Under the pieces are notes generated by a model. That model did no database searches, had not been told where the DNA came from, and was given only the letters and a program-made list of their open reading frames with translations. The translations under genes were made by a program, and so were the position numbers. Source: a virus. From it: a DNA stretch of 63,757 bases. Below are positions 31,944-39,611 of the stretch, piece after piece. Numbering within the stretch: position 1 is the stretch's first letter; every line of letters starts with the position of its first letter. The stretch is taken from IMG/VR virus record IMGVR_UViG_3300019487_000007. One strand, written 5' to 3'.

Positions 31944-32504
31944 TCAGGACTCGTGATGCTTTCGGAGGGCGGAGACCTTGACCTTGTCGAAGGGTTTGCG
32001 GCGCGCCGCGCCCCACTTCTTTCTGACCGAAGGCGCGAGCGGGCGAAGGACGCTATTCTCTGCCTTTAGGAGGTCCTCAGGGGTTTCCTCACGGAGACAT
32101 TGGATTAGGAATTCCTTATTCATGCCCGCGCGCCAGATGGAGGCCAGTTGGAGATCGTCGGCTGGACACGAGCGGAGGCCGAAGGTGGTGCGCTTTCGAG
32201 AGGGAGCCTTTCTTTTGTGGGCGGAGCGGTTCTTGTCCTGGACGATCGCAGGGACGAGTCGGGGAGGTCGAGAGGTCTCCTCGGCACGCTCAAGGCGTCT
32301 GAGCGCCTGGAAGGTTTCGGAGCGTTCTGCCTCCTGCTCGGCCGTCCGGGGACTGTCCCTGCGGGGTGGAGGATCATAGACGAGAGAAAAGCCGCGGCCG
32401 CTTTTGATTCGCCTGAAGCCGCCCCGGAGTGCCCTCTCTAGGGCGACGAGGCGCTCTTTCAGGCGGGCGATTTCGCTTTTTAGGGTGACCCGGTCGTCGA
32501 GCAT
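31944..32504 (-). CDS. hypothetical basic coiled-coil protein (186 aa)
   Basis: ORF with an N-terminal heptad-like LKSEIARLKERLVALERAL and an R/K-rich centre. Confidence 0.5.
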   Translation of the reverse strand: MLDDRVTLKSEIARLKERLVALERALRGGFRRIKSGRGFSLVYDPPPRRDSPRTAEQEAERSETFQALRRLERAEETSRPPRLVPAIVQDKNRSAHKRKAPSRKRTTFGLRSCPADDLQLASIWRAGMNKEFLIQCLREETPEDLLKAENSVLRPLAPSVRKKWGAARRKPFDKVKVSALRKHHES

Positions 32505-32544
32505 GGGATCTATCTCAGTTTAAAACCGGCGGAGTAGTCTCGCT

Positions 32545-32919
32545 TCATGGCGTTGTCGGGGAAGTAGCGCTCCTCGGAGCGAGAGTGGCGAATTCCACGG
32601 CTGCACCGCCCTCGAAGGGGATAGCGCTCCCCCATACCAAGACAGGCAAAATGATCGGGAAGCTAGAGAAGAAGTGGTTGTGGTAGACGTCTGAAGCATA
32701 CCTCTCAGCCGCGGCCCGGAGCCAGAAGACATGCAATCCTCCACACGTAACCCGAGCCTGAGACACTATCTTGTCGATTCGCGTTTCCGGCTGGGCACAG
32801 AGGACCCTTCCATTCCAAGAGACTGAGTAATACACCCCCGTACCGTTGTGCCATACTACCTTGTACGCCAACCTCGGTTCGGTGATCTCGTATTCCTCGC
32901 CGGTTACTATCTCACACAC
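32545..32919 (-). CDS. hypothetical protein (124 aa), AYKVV..GGLHVF family
   Basis: ORF that may be a distant paralogue of 30499..30888. Confidence 0.5.
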   Translation of the reverse strand: MCEIVTGEEYEITEPRLAYKVVWHNGTGVYYSVSWNGRVLCAQPETRIDKIVSQARVTCGGLHVFWLRAAAERYASDVYHNHFFSSFPIILPVLVWGSAIPFEGGAAVEFATLAPRSATSPTTP

Positions 32920-32966
32920 ACCAGTCCTCCCCTGGGCCGTGCTACACGAGCCCCGCTTCGACTAAG

Positions 32967-33158
32967 TCAGCGATTTGATCGAAGAAGCTCGGCGCACCGT
33001 TTGTGCAAGATTCGATGCCCGCCCGCAGCGGACATAGCGTCGAGCGGGTCCGGGCGCGAGACGGACCATCCGCACGTACAGGATGCGAAGTAGGCTGTGA
33101 TCGGTTCCTTCGGTTCCTTCCTGCTGTTCTTGCTGGTGTCGTTCTTTTCCTTTTTCAT
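32967..33158 (-). CDS. hypothetical protein (63 aa)
   Basis: ORF with no motif. Confidence 0.45.
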   Translation of the reverse strand: MKKEKNDTSKNSRKEPKEPITAYFASCTCGWSVSRPDPLDAMSAAGGHRILHKRCAELLRSNR

Positions 33159-33358
33159 GAGACTTTTCTCCTACAGTAAATACCTGGCTCGAACGAGGGC
33201 CAAACGTCTCCTTTGGGCCGGGAGCGAGCTTAGGGATGGCAGATCATTTGGGACACTCGATCCGAAAGGGGTGCTCCTCAGGGCGCGGCCCGGAGACTCT
33301 GTAGAGTCGTTACGCGCCCCTCAAATGGCCGGCTCGCTCCCGCTCCAAAGGAGAGGCT

Positions 33359-33553
33359 CTAGCGCATGGGCCGGAGGGGCGCCGGGCGGGTGCGCCACAA
33401 CATATCCCGGACCGGGTTTAGTTCCTTTTCCCAGATGGTGACACCATGAGAGTGGTAGCTGACTTTGAGCGCGCGCGGCCCGACTAGGTTGATGCGTGGC
33501 ACGGGTTGTCCTCCAAAACTACGAGTAGAGACGAATGCCGTCCGCCCTGACAC
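33359..33553 (-). CDS. hypothetical protein (64 aa)
   Basis: GTG-initiated ORF that overlaps 33519..33692 by 35 nt. Confidence 0.3.
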   Translation of the reverse strand: MSGRTAFVSTRSFGGQPVPRINLVGPRALKVSYHSHGVTIWEKELNPVRDMLWRTRPAPLRPMR

Positions 33554-33692
33554 AGATCAAGCCCGCGTTCGCCTCGATGAACGCAAGGGGATTGATCCCG
33601 GCCCCGGTTCGGATAAAGGCATACTGATGCTTCATCTTTTGACGCTTCCTGATTTCGTGACGGCGATCACGGGAATTCATCTTCTTATTCAT
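33519..33692 (-). CDS. small basic protein (57 aa, not in ORF track)
   Basis: ATG 9 nt after GAGGGAG. Begins MNKKMNSRDRRHEIRKRQKMKHQYAFIRTGAG.. Confidence 0.4.
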   Translation of the reverse strand: MNKKMNSRDRRHEIRKRQKMKHQYAFIRTGAGINPLAFIEANAGLICVRADGIRLYS

Positions 33693-33854
33693 GCTAGTCT
33701 CTCCCTCGAAGGGGCTTTAAATTCTCTTCCATAAACGCACTTAACCCCTTGGGCCGGGGGAGGCCGAAGGGGCGGGCGGCGCCTTTCGGCGCCGGTACGG
33801 TTCAAAGTCTCAAAGAAACGTTTGGGGGTCAAAGAAGGGGTTCCGGGCTCATAG

Positions 33855-33878
33855 CGAGGGGCGATTGCTCGCCCCTCG
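33855..33878 (-). terminator. GC-rich hairpin just downstream of the 318-aa gene (terminator-like, no U-tract)
   Basis: CGAGGGGCGA-TTGC-TCGCCCCTCG, a 10-bp stem. A second hairpin CGGCGCC-TTTC-GGCGCCG lies at 33777-33794. Confidence 0.35.
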
Positions 33879-33898
33879 ACTGAACCTAGAAGGTTCGG

Positions 33899-34855
33899 TT
33901 AAGCGGCCTTCTCGGTCTTCTCGGCCTCGGCCTTCTTGGTCTCGAACTCGCCGGGGCCTTTCTCCAGGATGGCGCGGTACTCGTCGGGGGTGATGAGACG
34001 GAAGCCGGCGGCCTCGAACGCGGGCGAGTGAGAGTCCACGACGGACTCCCGGGCGCAGCGGACGTAGCCGATCTTGACTCGCTTGGTGAGGCTCTGGAGC
34101 ACGACGAGGAAGGCTTCGGGGTCGTTGCTGCCCATGTCCGTCTCCTTGACGCGGTCCTTGGTGACCTGAATCCGGATGCGCGCCCACAGGGTCGCGGCCT
34201 TCTTGGCGTTGCTCTTCGGGATCGGGAGCTTGACGGCCTCGGCCGGGAAGGCCGGGACGCCGGAGCGCCTCATAGCGTCCTTCATGACGGCGGGCAGGGT
34301 GTAGACGGCGGGCTTGTCCTTCGGCTTGTCGACGGTGACGCTCAACTCCTTGATGAGCCGTAGGAAGGTCCCGTTCGTGGTCTTGACCTTGGCGAGCGAC
34401 TCGCGACGCTCGCCCGTCTCGCCGTCCTTGATGTTCTTCAGCTGGAACCCCCCGCCCTTCGTCGACTGGCCACGCCAGTCGTGGGTTGAGGAGTCGTCCG
34501 TGGTGACGGCCAGCGCTGCTAGAGCGGCGACGACGACGGCCGAGTCCTGATCGGACTGACGGGGGTTGGCCATGCCGTAGACGGTGCCGCCGGCTTGCGG
34601 GGCCGGCAGAACGTCGAAGGGCTTATTGACCTGCTCTTCCGCATCCTTCGCCCCCGCGTTGCTGCCGGAGGGAAGGAACCCCGTCTGGACGATGGCGTTG
34701 AAGCCCGCGGCCGAGAGACGGTCGAAGGCGGATCGGAGCGCCGGGAACCGAGGGATGCTGCCCTCCTCAGTCACGAGCCCGGCCAGGGTGCGGAGCCAGG
34801 CGAGCACCCCGTCGTTGTGGGCTGCGATCGCGGTCGCGGTGTGCGTGTTGTTCAT
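33899..34855 (-). CDS. hypothetical protein (318 aa), first gene of the minus arm, in a G+C-rich segment
   Basis: Long ATG ORF with no recognisable motif. Visibly higher G+C than its neighbours (judged by eye). Confidence 0.6.
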   Translation of the reverse strand: MNNTHTATAIAAHNDGVLAWLRTLAGLVTEEGSIPRFPALRSAFDRLSAAGFNAIVQTGFLPSGSNAGAKDAEEQVNKPFDVLPAPQAGGTVYGMANPRQSDQDSAVVVAALAALAVTTDDSSTHDWRGQSTKGGGFQLKNIKDGETGERRESLAKVKTTNGTFLRLIKELSVTVDKPKDKPAVYTLPAVMKDAMRRSGVPAFPAEAVKLPIPKSNAKKAATLWARIRIQVTKDRVKETDMGSNDPEAFLVVLQSLTKRVKIGYVRCARESVVDSHSPAFEAAGFRLITPDEYRAILEKGPGEFETKKAEAEKTEKAA

Positions 34856-34893
34856 GGCTTGGGTTGCCTTTTTTGTCCGCCCCAGCTAGCAAC

Positions 34894-34907
34894 GGGTGTA
34901 TATACCC
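34894..34907 (-). repeat. 14-mer GGGTATATACACCC (minus-strand orientation), copy 1 of 3
   Basis: The + strand reads GGGTGTATATACCC, the reverse complement of the copy at 42403-42416. It lies 39 nt upstream of the ATG at 34855. Confidence 0.8.
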
Positions 34908-35303
34908 GGGTTGGCCTAGGCCGCCGAGATGGCGGTAGGCTCCCGGGGTCAACATCGTGGGAGTGGGACGGGAAAAGTGGAAAGAGGGGACGGAACCGGC
35001 CGGGGGGAGGACGGACCTTAAGCTAACGCCTTGCTCACTGAGAAGGCGCGCGGGGAACCGCCAGCGTTGCGCCCTTAAGTCGCAATCGCGGCCCCGGAAC
35101 GGTCCTACGGCTCAAAGACACCCCGCACTGGGCGGGATTGGGGCCTCCGGCCCCGGGAAGTGAGGGAGCGATGCCTTGACGCGGGCGGGTCCCGAAGACC
35201 GCTCCGGACCCTTCAGGGTCCGTGCCCTCGTCTGGGTCGGCCCCGAGTCACTCTGGACCGACAAGGAGAAGGTCGGACCGGGGGGCCCGGTTGTCAAGCC
35301 TAC

Positions 35304-35438
35304 TTAAGTTGTTGAGCGCCAAGGACTTAGGCCCCTCTCCAAGTCGTTGAAGGGCAAGGGCTTATGGCGCCGGCTCAGGGGAGGGCAGCCCCCGGGGGAA
35401 CCCCTCCCCTAAGTCATTGATTCCATTGGCCTTAGGCC
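35304..35438. repeat. Three degenerate ~30-bp palindromic repeats (R1 35304-35333, R2 35339-35369, R3 35409-35438)
   Basis: R1: TTAAGTTGTTGAgcgcCAAGGACTTAGGCC. R2: CCAAGTCGTTGAagggCAAGGGCTTATGGC. R3: CTAAGTCATTGAttcCATTGGCCTTAGGCC. The outer half-sites approximate CCTAAGTC / GACTTAGG. Confidence 0.7.
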
Positions 35439-35547
35439 GTCCCCCCCGATGGCCCCCTCCACCCCCCACGAGAGGGGGGACCCACCCTTTTAATTTGGCC
35501 GCACTTTGGGGAAAGGTACGATAACAGAAATCCGCCCTCCCATGTGT

Positions 35548-35575
35548 ATTATCCTTCTCCTAGATGGTCTATCAA
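35548..35575 (-). promoter_or_regulatory. Leftward sigma70-type promoter (candidate early promoter of the minus arm)
   Basis: Minus strand: TTGATA-16 nt-GATAAT. The inverted repeat AGATGG-N9-CCATCT (35562-35582) overlaps the -35 hexamer. Confidence 0.5.
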
Positions 35576-35619
35576 GCCATCTGAGAGAATTATCGTCCTT
35601 AAATAGGCCTCCCTCGTCC

Positions 35620-35648
35620 TTGACCCCCTCCCCCCTTCGTGGTATCAT
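35620..35648 (+). promoter_or_regulatory. Rightward sigma70-type promoter, back-to-back with the leftward one
   Basis: TTGACC-17 nt-TATCAT, 20 nt upstream of the small-ORF ATG with Shine-Dalgarno CAGGAGG. Confidence 0.6.
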
Positions 35649-35668
35649 AGGCGCCCAGGAGGTTTTCA

Positions 35669-35845
35669 ATGCCCCTTCCCTATGTCCGGCGCCTTCTCTA
35701 CGAGAGGGCCTACTACCTAAAGAACAAGGAGAAGCGGAAGGCCGCCGTGAAGAGGTGGCGGGAGCGCCGACGGGGAAGCTTTTCAACGCCCCCCACAGAA
35801 GGGCGAAACGCCCTGAAAAGTGAAAAAGGCGGGGAGGTCGACTGA
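35669..35845 (+). CDS. small, highly basic protein (58 aa, not in ORF track); candidate regulator
   Basis: Own promoter, Shine-Dalgarno CAGGAGG-6 nt-ATG, own terminator. Translation: MPLPYVRRLLYERAYYLKNKEKRKAAVKRWRERRRG.. Confidence 0.55.
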   Translation: MPLPYVRRLLYERAYYLKNKEKRKAAVKRWRERRRGSFSTPPTEGRNALKSEKGGEVD

Positions 35846-36050
35846 TTCTAAAGGACTTAGGGGGCGGCCCGCCGCCCCCCTTTTCATTCCATCGATTCTT
35901 CAACCCGTGCCCCCTGATAGGGCACGGTGAAATTGAAGTGCCTGAAATCTACTCTTTCGTCTCTTCTGGCCGTTCCAACGATTTCAACACTACTCTCTTT
36001 AAGGGGCGCTGAAAAATGACTTTTCGTCCTCGTAAGTCCTTTAGAATCAG
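35842..36050. repeat. 18-bp perfect inverted repeat pair flanking ~170 bp
   Basis: 35842-35859 (CTGATTCTAAAGGACTTA) is the reverse complement of 36033-36050 (TAAGTCCTTTAGAATCAG). It contains the same AAGGACTTAG core as R1. Confidence 0.85.
35860..35884 (+). terminator. Intrinsic terminator after the small basic ORF
   Basis: GGGGGCGG-CCCG-CCGCCCCC (8-bp stem) followed by C-TTTT. Confidence 0.7.
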
Positions 36051-36110
36051 TGGGGCCCCGATTTCAGGCCTTTTTGGGGGGTCTTGAAAAGCTTGAAAAG
36101 GGGTTCCTCC

Positions 36111-36140
36111 TTGACCCGCCCCCCCTCTCTATGCTATAAT
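36111..36140 (+). promoter_or_regulatory. sigma70-type promoter of the plus (packaging/structural) arm
   Basis: TTGACC-18 nt-TATAAT, preceded by the tandem CTTGAAAAG-CTTGAAAAG (36083-36100). Confidence 0.6.
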
Positions 36141-36245
36141 GTCGGTCGCTTTAGGGGATGGGCCCGCTGCCCTCCTTCTCCCCGACCTCAAGTCGGGTCC
36201 CTCCCGGCGGGCTCTTCCCCTTTAGCCTTTTTAGTGGAGAAGGAA

Positions 36246-36410
36246 ATGGATCCAGCACCCGTCGAAGATCGCCTCAAGGCCTTAGAGGCCCACGCCGTCC
36301 TCACCAACAACGCAATCAGCGGTCTCATTAATCTCTTTCTTTTTGTAGCAAAGGAGCTAGGAGTGGAGGTCACCTTTACTCCCGCGGACCCGAGGAGGAC
36401 AGACAATTGA
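36246..36410 (+). CDS. hypothetical protein (54 aa)
   Basis: ATG behind GGAGAAGGA. Start refined from the track's 36084. Confidence 0.5.
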   Translation: MDPAPVEDRLKALEAHAVLTNNAISGLINLFLFVAKELGVEVTFTPADPRRTDN

Positions 36411-36562
36411 TTCTTACGATTCACATTCCCGAGCGCGTTTGGGAGCACTACGCCCTCAACTACGAAGACCCCCGGGGGGTAGTGGAGGCCGTGATCGAGG
36501 CGTTCGTTGCGGAGGAGGAGGGGTGGGAAGACGAAGAGGAGGAGGCCCCTGACGGACACTAA
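36407..36562 (+). CDS. small acidic protein (51 aa, not in ORF track)
   Basis: The TTG start overlaps the upstream TGA. Translation: ILTIHIPERVWEHYALNYEDPRGVVEAVIEAFVAEEEGW.. Confidence 0.4.
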   Translation: MILTIHIPERVWEHYALNYEDPRGVVEAVIEAFVAEEEGWEDEEEEAPDGH

Positions 36563-36620
36563 GCCTGCACGGCCTGAGCGTATCCTCCGTAACGTCCCTC
36601 CCGACAAAGCCGGCCGTCTC

Positions 36621-37169
36621 ATGGACTACCAGGAGGCCCGTCTCCTCCGTTTCGTCGAGGCCTTCCACGGAAAGGCGGAGGGCGACAGGATCAAAGCCCT
36701 GGAGTTGACCGGAGACGAATACGGCTCTCCCCTCGCGCTGAAGCGTTATTCTACTAAATACAAGGAATACATCTCCGATCGCCTTTACCAGAAGGCCGTC
36801 TATCGAGGCCTGATTAATCCGACCAAGATGGAAGTGGTGGTGGAGGAGGTTCTCTCGAAGGAGCGCCTGCTCGACCTCCTCTCCCGTCAAGCGACCGGAG
36901 AGAAACCTACCAGACGGACGGAAGTCCTAAGAAAGAATCCTGAGACGGGCCTCCTAGAGGCAGTGGAAGTTCGAACCGAGCACGACGAGATAGGCTCGCA
37001 GGAGAACCTGGCAAAGATCCTTGGACTCTTCAAAGAGATTCCCAAGGCCCCCACTACCAAGGTGGAGGAAATCCTGGCGAAGATGACTGGGATGGACAGG
37101 GAGGAGGGGGAGGATCTCCTTCTTGAGGCCTCCCTTCATCTCTTAGATTCCCCCGAGGAGCAGGGGTGA
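36621..37169 (+). CDS. putative terminase small subunit (by position only)
   Basis: Lies immediately upstream of, and GTGA-coupled to, the large terminase. The track ORF starts at 36507 with an Arg-rich stretch that overlaps the previous ORF, so the start is uncertain. Confidence 0.35.
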   Translation: MDYQEARLLRFVEAFHGKAEGDRIKALELTGDEYGSPLALKRYSTKYKEYISDRLYQKAVYRGLINPTKMEVVVEEVLSKERLLDLLSRQATGEKPTRRTEVLRKNPETGLLEAVEVRTEHDEIGSQENLAKILGLFKEIPKAPTTKVEEILAKMTGMDREEGEDLLLEASLHLLDSPEEQG

Positions 37170-38749
37170 CCTTCTCCAAAGAGGACCTTCGAGAGGCCCT
37201 CCTGCGCTCCACCCCCGAGGAGCGCCACCAGGCGATCCTTCAGAGCGGGAAGATGACCCCCCTCAAGTTCTTCGACCACCTCCCTTGGCTGAAGGGCGGG
37301 GCGGACTGGAGTGGATGGAGAGCCTTTCTCGGCGCATCCTTCGGCCTTCCCCTCTCCCCAAAGGAGATGGAGATTTTCCAAACCGCGACGGGCCGTAAGG
37401 CCTCCCCACAGGCGAAGGCTCGTGAGGTGTGGATGATCTGTGGGAGGCGCGCTCGAAAAAGCGCCATCGCCTCCGTGATTGGCGTTTACGTAGCGGCCTT
37501 CAAGGATCATCGACCGCACCTCGCCCCTGGAGAGAGGGCTCAAATCCCCATCATCGCGAAGAACACCACTGAGGCGAAGACGATCAAGGACTTTATCGTG
37601 GCGATCCTCTCCTCCTCTCCGGAGCTGTCTCACCTCCTAGAGGGCACCCCCACCGCCGAGATCGTTCGCCTCAAGACGAGATGCGACTTTGCGATCAGGG
37701 CATGCTCAATCACGGCAGTCCGCTCCAAGGCGATTCCCCTCTTCATCGGGGACGAGATCGCATTTTGGCATACGGACGATGCGGCGAACCCGGACCGGGC
37801 GATCTTAGAGAGCGTCCGACCGGCCATGCTCTCCTATGGAGGAGATGGAATGATCATGGGCTTATCCTCTCCCTACGCGCGGAGGGGCGTTCTTTGGGAG
37901 CGCTTTGAGCAAGACTTCGGGAAGGACGGAGAGAGACTCGTATGGAAGGCCCCCACCTTGATGATGCACGACACACCTGAAGTGCGGGCGGAGGTGGAGA
38001 AGGCCTTCCTTGATGACCCCATTGCGGCGGCTGCCGAATATGGGGCGGAGTTCCGGACCGACGTTGCGGCCTTCGTTACACGGGAGATGTTGGAGAGTGT
38101 GACGGGCGAGCACTTCGAGATCGAGCCGACGAAGGGAATCAAGTACACGGCCTTCGTGGATCCCTCGGGAGGGAACTCCGATTCCTTCACCTTGGGGATC
38201 GCTCACTGGGATCCGAAGTTGGGGTCGGTCCTAGATCTGCTCTGGGAGAAGGAGGCCCCCTTCTCAACGACCGAAGCTGTTAAAGAGGTGACGGATCTCC
38301 TCAAGGAGTATGGTCTTCGGCGGGTGACGGGGGACAACTTTGGGGGTCGCGTCTACCAGGACATGTTTAGAGAGAATGGAGTCACCTATTCCATCTGCAA
38401 ACAGCGAAGGACCGAGCTCTACGCGAACCTCCTACCCCTGATTAACTCAAACAGATGTGTCCTCCCCAACGATGCTAAACTGAGGAATCAGTTCCTCTTG
38501 CTGGATCGACGGAGCCTGGCGAGTGGTAGGGAGATTATCGACCACCCGAAGGGGGCCCACGACGATCTTTGCAACGCTGCTGCGGGCGCCCTCGTGACGG
38601 TGAACCGTTATAGGAGAGAGGTGGAAGAGGAGGAGGCAAAGCCCCACTCTACCGAGGAGCTCTTCTATGAACGTCTGTGGAAGGACATCCGCCGGCAACG
38701 GGGGGAAGAAAAGACTATCCTCGCAAACCCTTACGTGAGGAAAAGATGA
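37166..38749 (+). CDS. terL: Terminase large subunit
   Basis: Walker A-like WMICGRRARKSA and Walker B LFIGDEIAF. Nuclease-domain motifs AFVDPSGGNSDSF and HPKGAHDDLCNA. Confidence 0.85.
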   Translation: MTFSKEDLREALLRSTPEERHQAILQSGKMTPLKFFDHLPWLKGGADWSGWRAFLGASFGLPLSPKEMEIFQTATGRKASPQAKAREVWMICGRRARKSAIASVIGVYVAAFKDHRPHLAPGERAQIPIIAKNTTEAKTIKDFIVAILSSSPELSHLLEGTPTAEIVRLKTRCDFAIRACSITAVRSKAIPLFIGDEIAFWHTDDAANPDRAILESVRPAMLSYGGDGMIMGLSSPYARRGVLWERFEQDFGKDGERLVWKAPTLMMHDTPEVRAEVEKAFLDDPIAAAAEYGAEFRTDVAAFVTREMLESVTGEHFEIEPTKGIKYTAFVDPSGGNSDSFTLGIAHWDPKLGSVLDLLWEKEAPFSTTEAVKEVTDLLKEYGLRRVTGDNFGGRVYQDMFRENGVTYSICKQRRTELYANLLPLINSNRCVLPNDAKLRNQFLLLDRRSLASGREIIDHPKGAHDDLCNAAAGALVTVNRYRREVEEEEAKPHSTEELFYERLWKDIRRQRGEEKTILANPYVRKR

Positions 38750-39153
38750 GCCCAGAGGATTACCGAGATGAACTCATCCGTGCGCAAAGGGAAGCTCTTT
38801 TTGGCTTGGTTAAGCCGCCTCCTAGCCTCCTTGAAGGCGAAGAAGACGAATTCGAGACCACCTTCTACTGTCCTTGTCCGACCTGTTGCGGCCACTCTTC
38901 TCCGGAGAAGGGGGGCCACGGACTCACCGCGAGCGGGAGGCCTCCAGAAGAGGGCGTCACCATTGCGGCTGACTGGTCGGTCCTGCCGAGGGGGGCGGAG
39001 GTCGAGATCGAGGGCCTGGGCAGGAGAAGGGTAATGGACACTGGGAGCGCCATCAAGGGGAAGAAGATCGACGTCTTCATGAAGTCGCACGAGGCTGCTA
39101 AGGCCGCGGGAAGGAAGCGCCTTCGGGTGAAGAGAATTAGAAAGGACGAGTAG
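38746..39153 (+). CDS. 3D-domain protein (second paralogue, no signal peptide; candidate virion-associated cell-wall enzyme)
   Basis: FYCPCPTCCG..GAEVEIEGLGRRRVMDTGSAIKGKKIDVFMKSH. ATGA overlap with the terL stop. Confidence 0.7.
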   Translation: MSPEDYRDELIRAQREALFGLVKPPPSLLEGEEDEFETTFYCPCPTCCGHSSPEKGGHGLTASGRPPEEGVTIAADWSVLPRGAEVEIEGLGRRRVMDTGSAIKGKKIDVFMKSHEAAKAAGRKRLRVKRIRKDE

Positions 39154-39321
39154 ATGCCAGCAGTAAGTGAGAAACAGAGGCGCTTTATGGGGGCTGAGCT
39201 GGGACGCCTGCGTGAGGGGAAGAAGACCCAGACAGGAATGAATGAGGGTCAACTAGAGGACTTCGCGAGGAAGAAGAAGGCGAAGAAGGAAGGACAGAAG
39301 GGGGCTTTGGGTGGATATTAG
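39154..39321 (+). CDS. DUF3008-like small protein (55 aa, not in ORF track)
   Basis: SEKQRRFMGAELGRLREGKKTQTGM matches my recollection of the DUF3008 signature. Confidence 0.55.
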   Translation: MPAVSEKQRRFMGAELGRLREGKKTQTGMNEGQLEDFARKKKAKKEGQKGALGGY

Positions 39322-39332
39322 GAGGGAGAGCC

Positions 39333-39611
39333 GTGTTCAGATTTAAGGCCGACCAAAGGGACCCCATCATCGCCCTTCTCCGACAACAGCTTGAGGCAGA
39401 GCGCTTGCGAGTGACGGAGCTCACGAGGCAAGTGATTGCGCTTTCCTCGCGGGGGGCCTACAGAGAACTCTATCCGGCGGAGAAGTCCGAAGAGAAGAGG
39501 GAGGAGGCTCCTTCCTCTTGGGTTGACCCGAGGAAGACGACCTACCGCCCTAGGGTCTCTGCAAGAGAAGTAGAAGAGGCTATGACCCGCAAACTCCAGA
39601 AGGAGTCCTAA
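39333..39611 (+). CDS. hypothetical protein (92 aa)
   Basis: GTG ORF behind GGAGGGAG. Confidence 0.5.
   Translation: MFRFKADQRDPIIALLRQQLEAERLRVTELTRQVIALSSRGAYRELYPAEKSEEKREEAPSSWVDPRKTTYRPRVSAREVEEAMTRKLQKES

Noticed and set aside
198-34855. Temperate-phage or defence-island features on the minus arm (integrase, repressor, attachment site, toxin-antitoxin, restriction-modification).
   Set aside because: I found no tyrosine or serine recombinase motifs, no clear XRE/CI-type repressor, no methyltransferase motifs and no flanking host genes. The whole window reads as a self-contained phage genome.
35292-35297. A TGTCAA (TTGACA on the minus strand) as the early leftward promoter, and a similar GGTCAA at 34947.
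   Set aside because: No acceptable -10 hexamer lies 16-18 nt downstream on the minus strand at either site. The TTGATA-16-GATAAT pair at 35575-35548 is a much better candidate.
34856-35620. ORFs of 61-143 aa in the control region (34595-35026+, 34957-35163+, 35112-35297-, 35490-35903-, 35506-35823+).
   Set aside because: They have Gly/Arg/Pro-rich compositions, no Shine-Dalgarno, they mutually overlap, and they sit in very G+C-rich repeat- and hairpin-laden DNA. I treat them as non-coding. The only convincing ORF here is the 58-aa one at 35669-35845, in a different frame.
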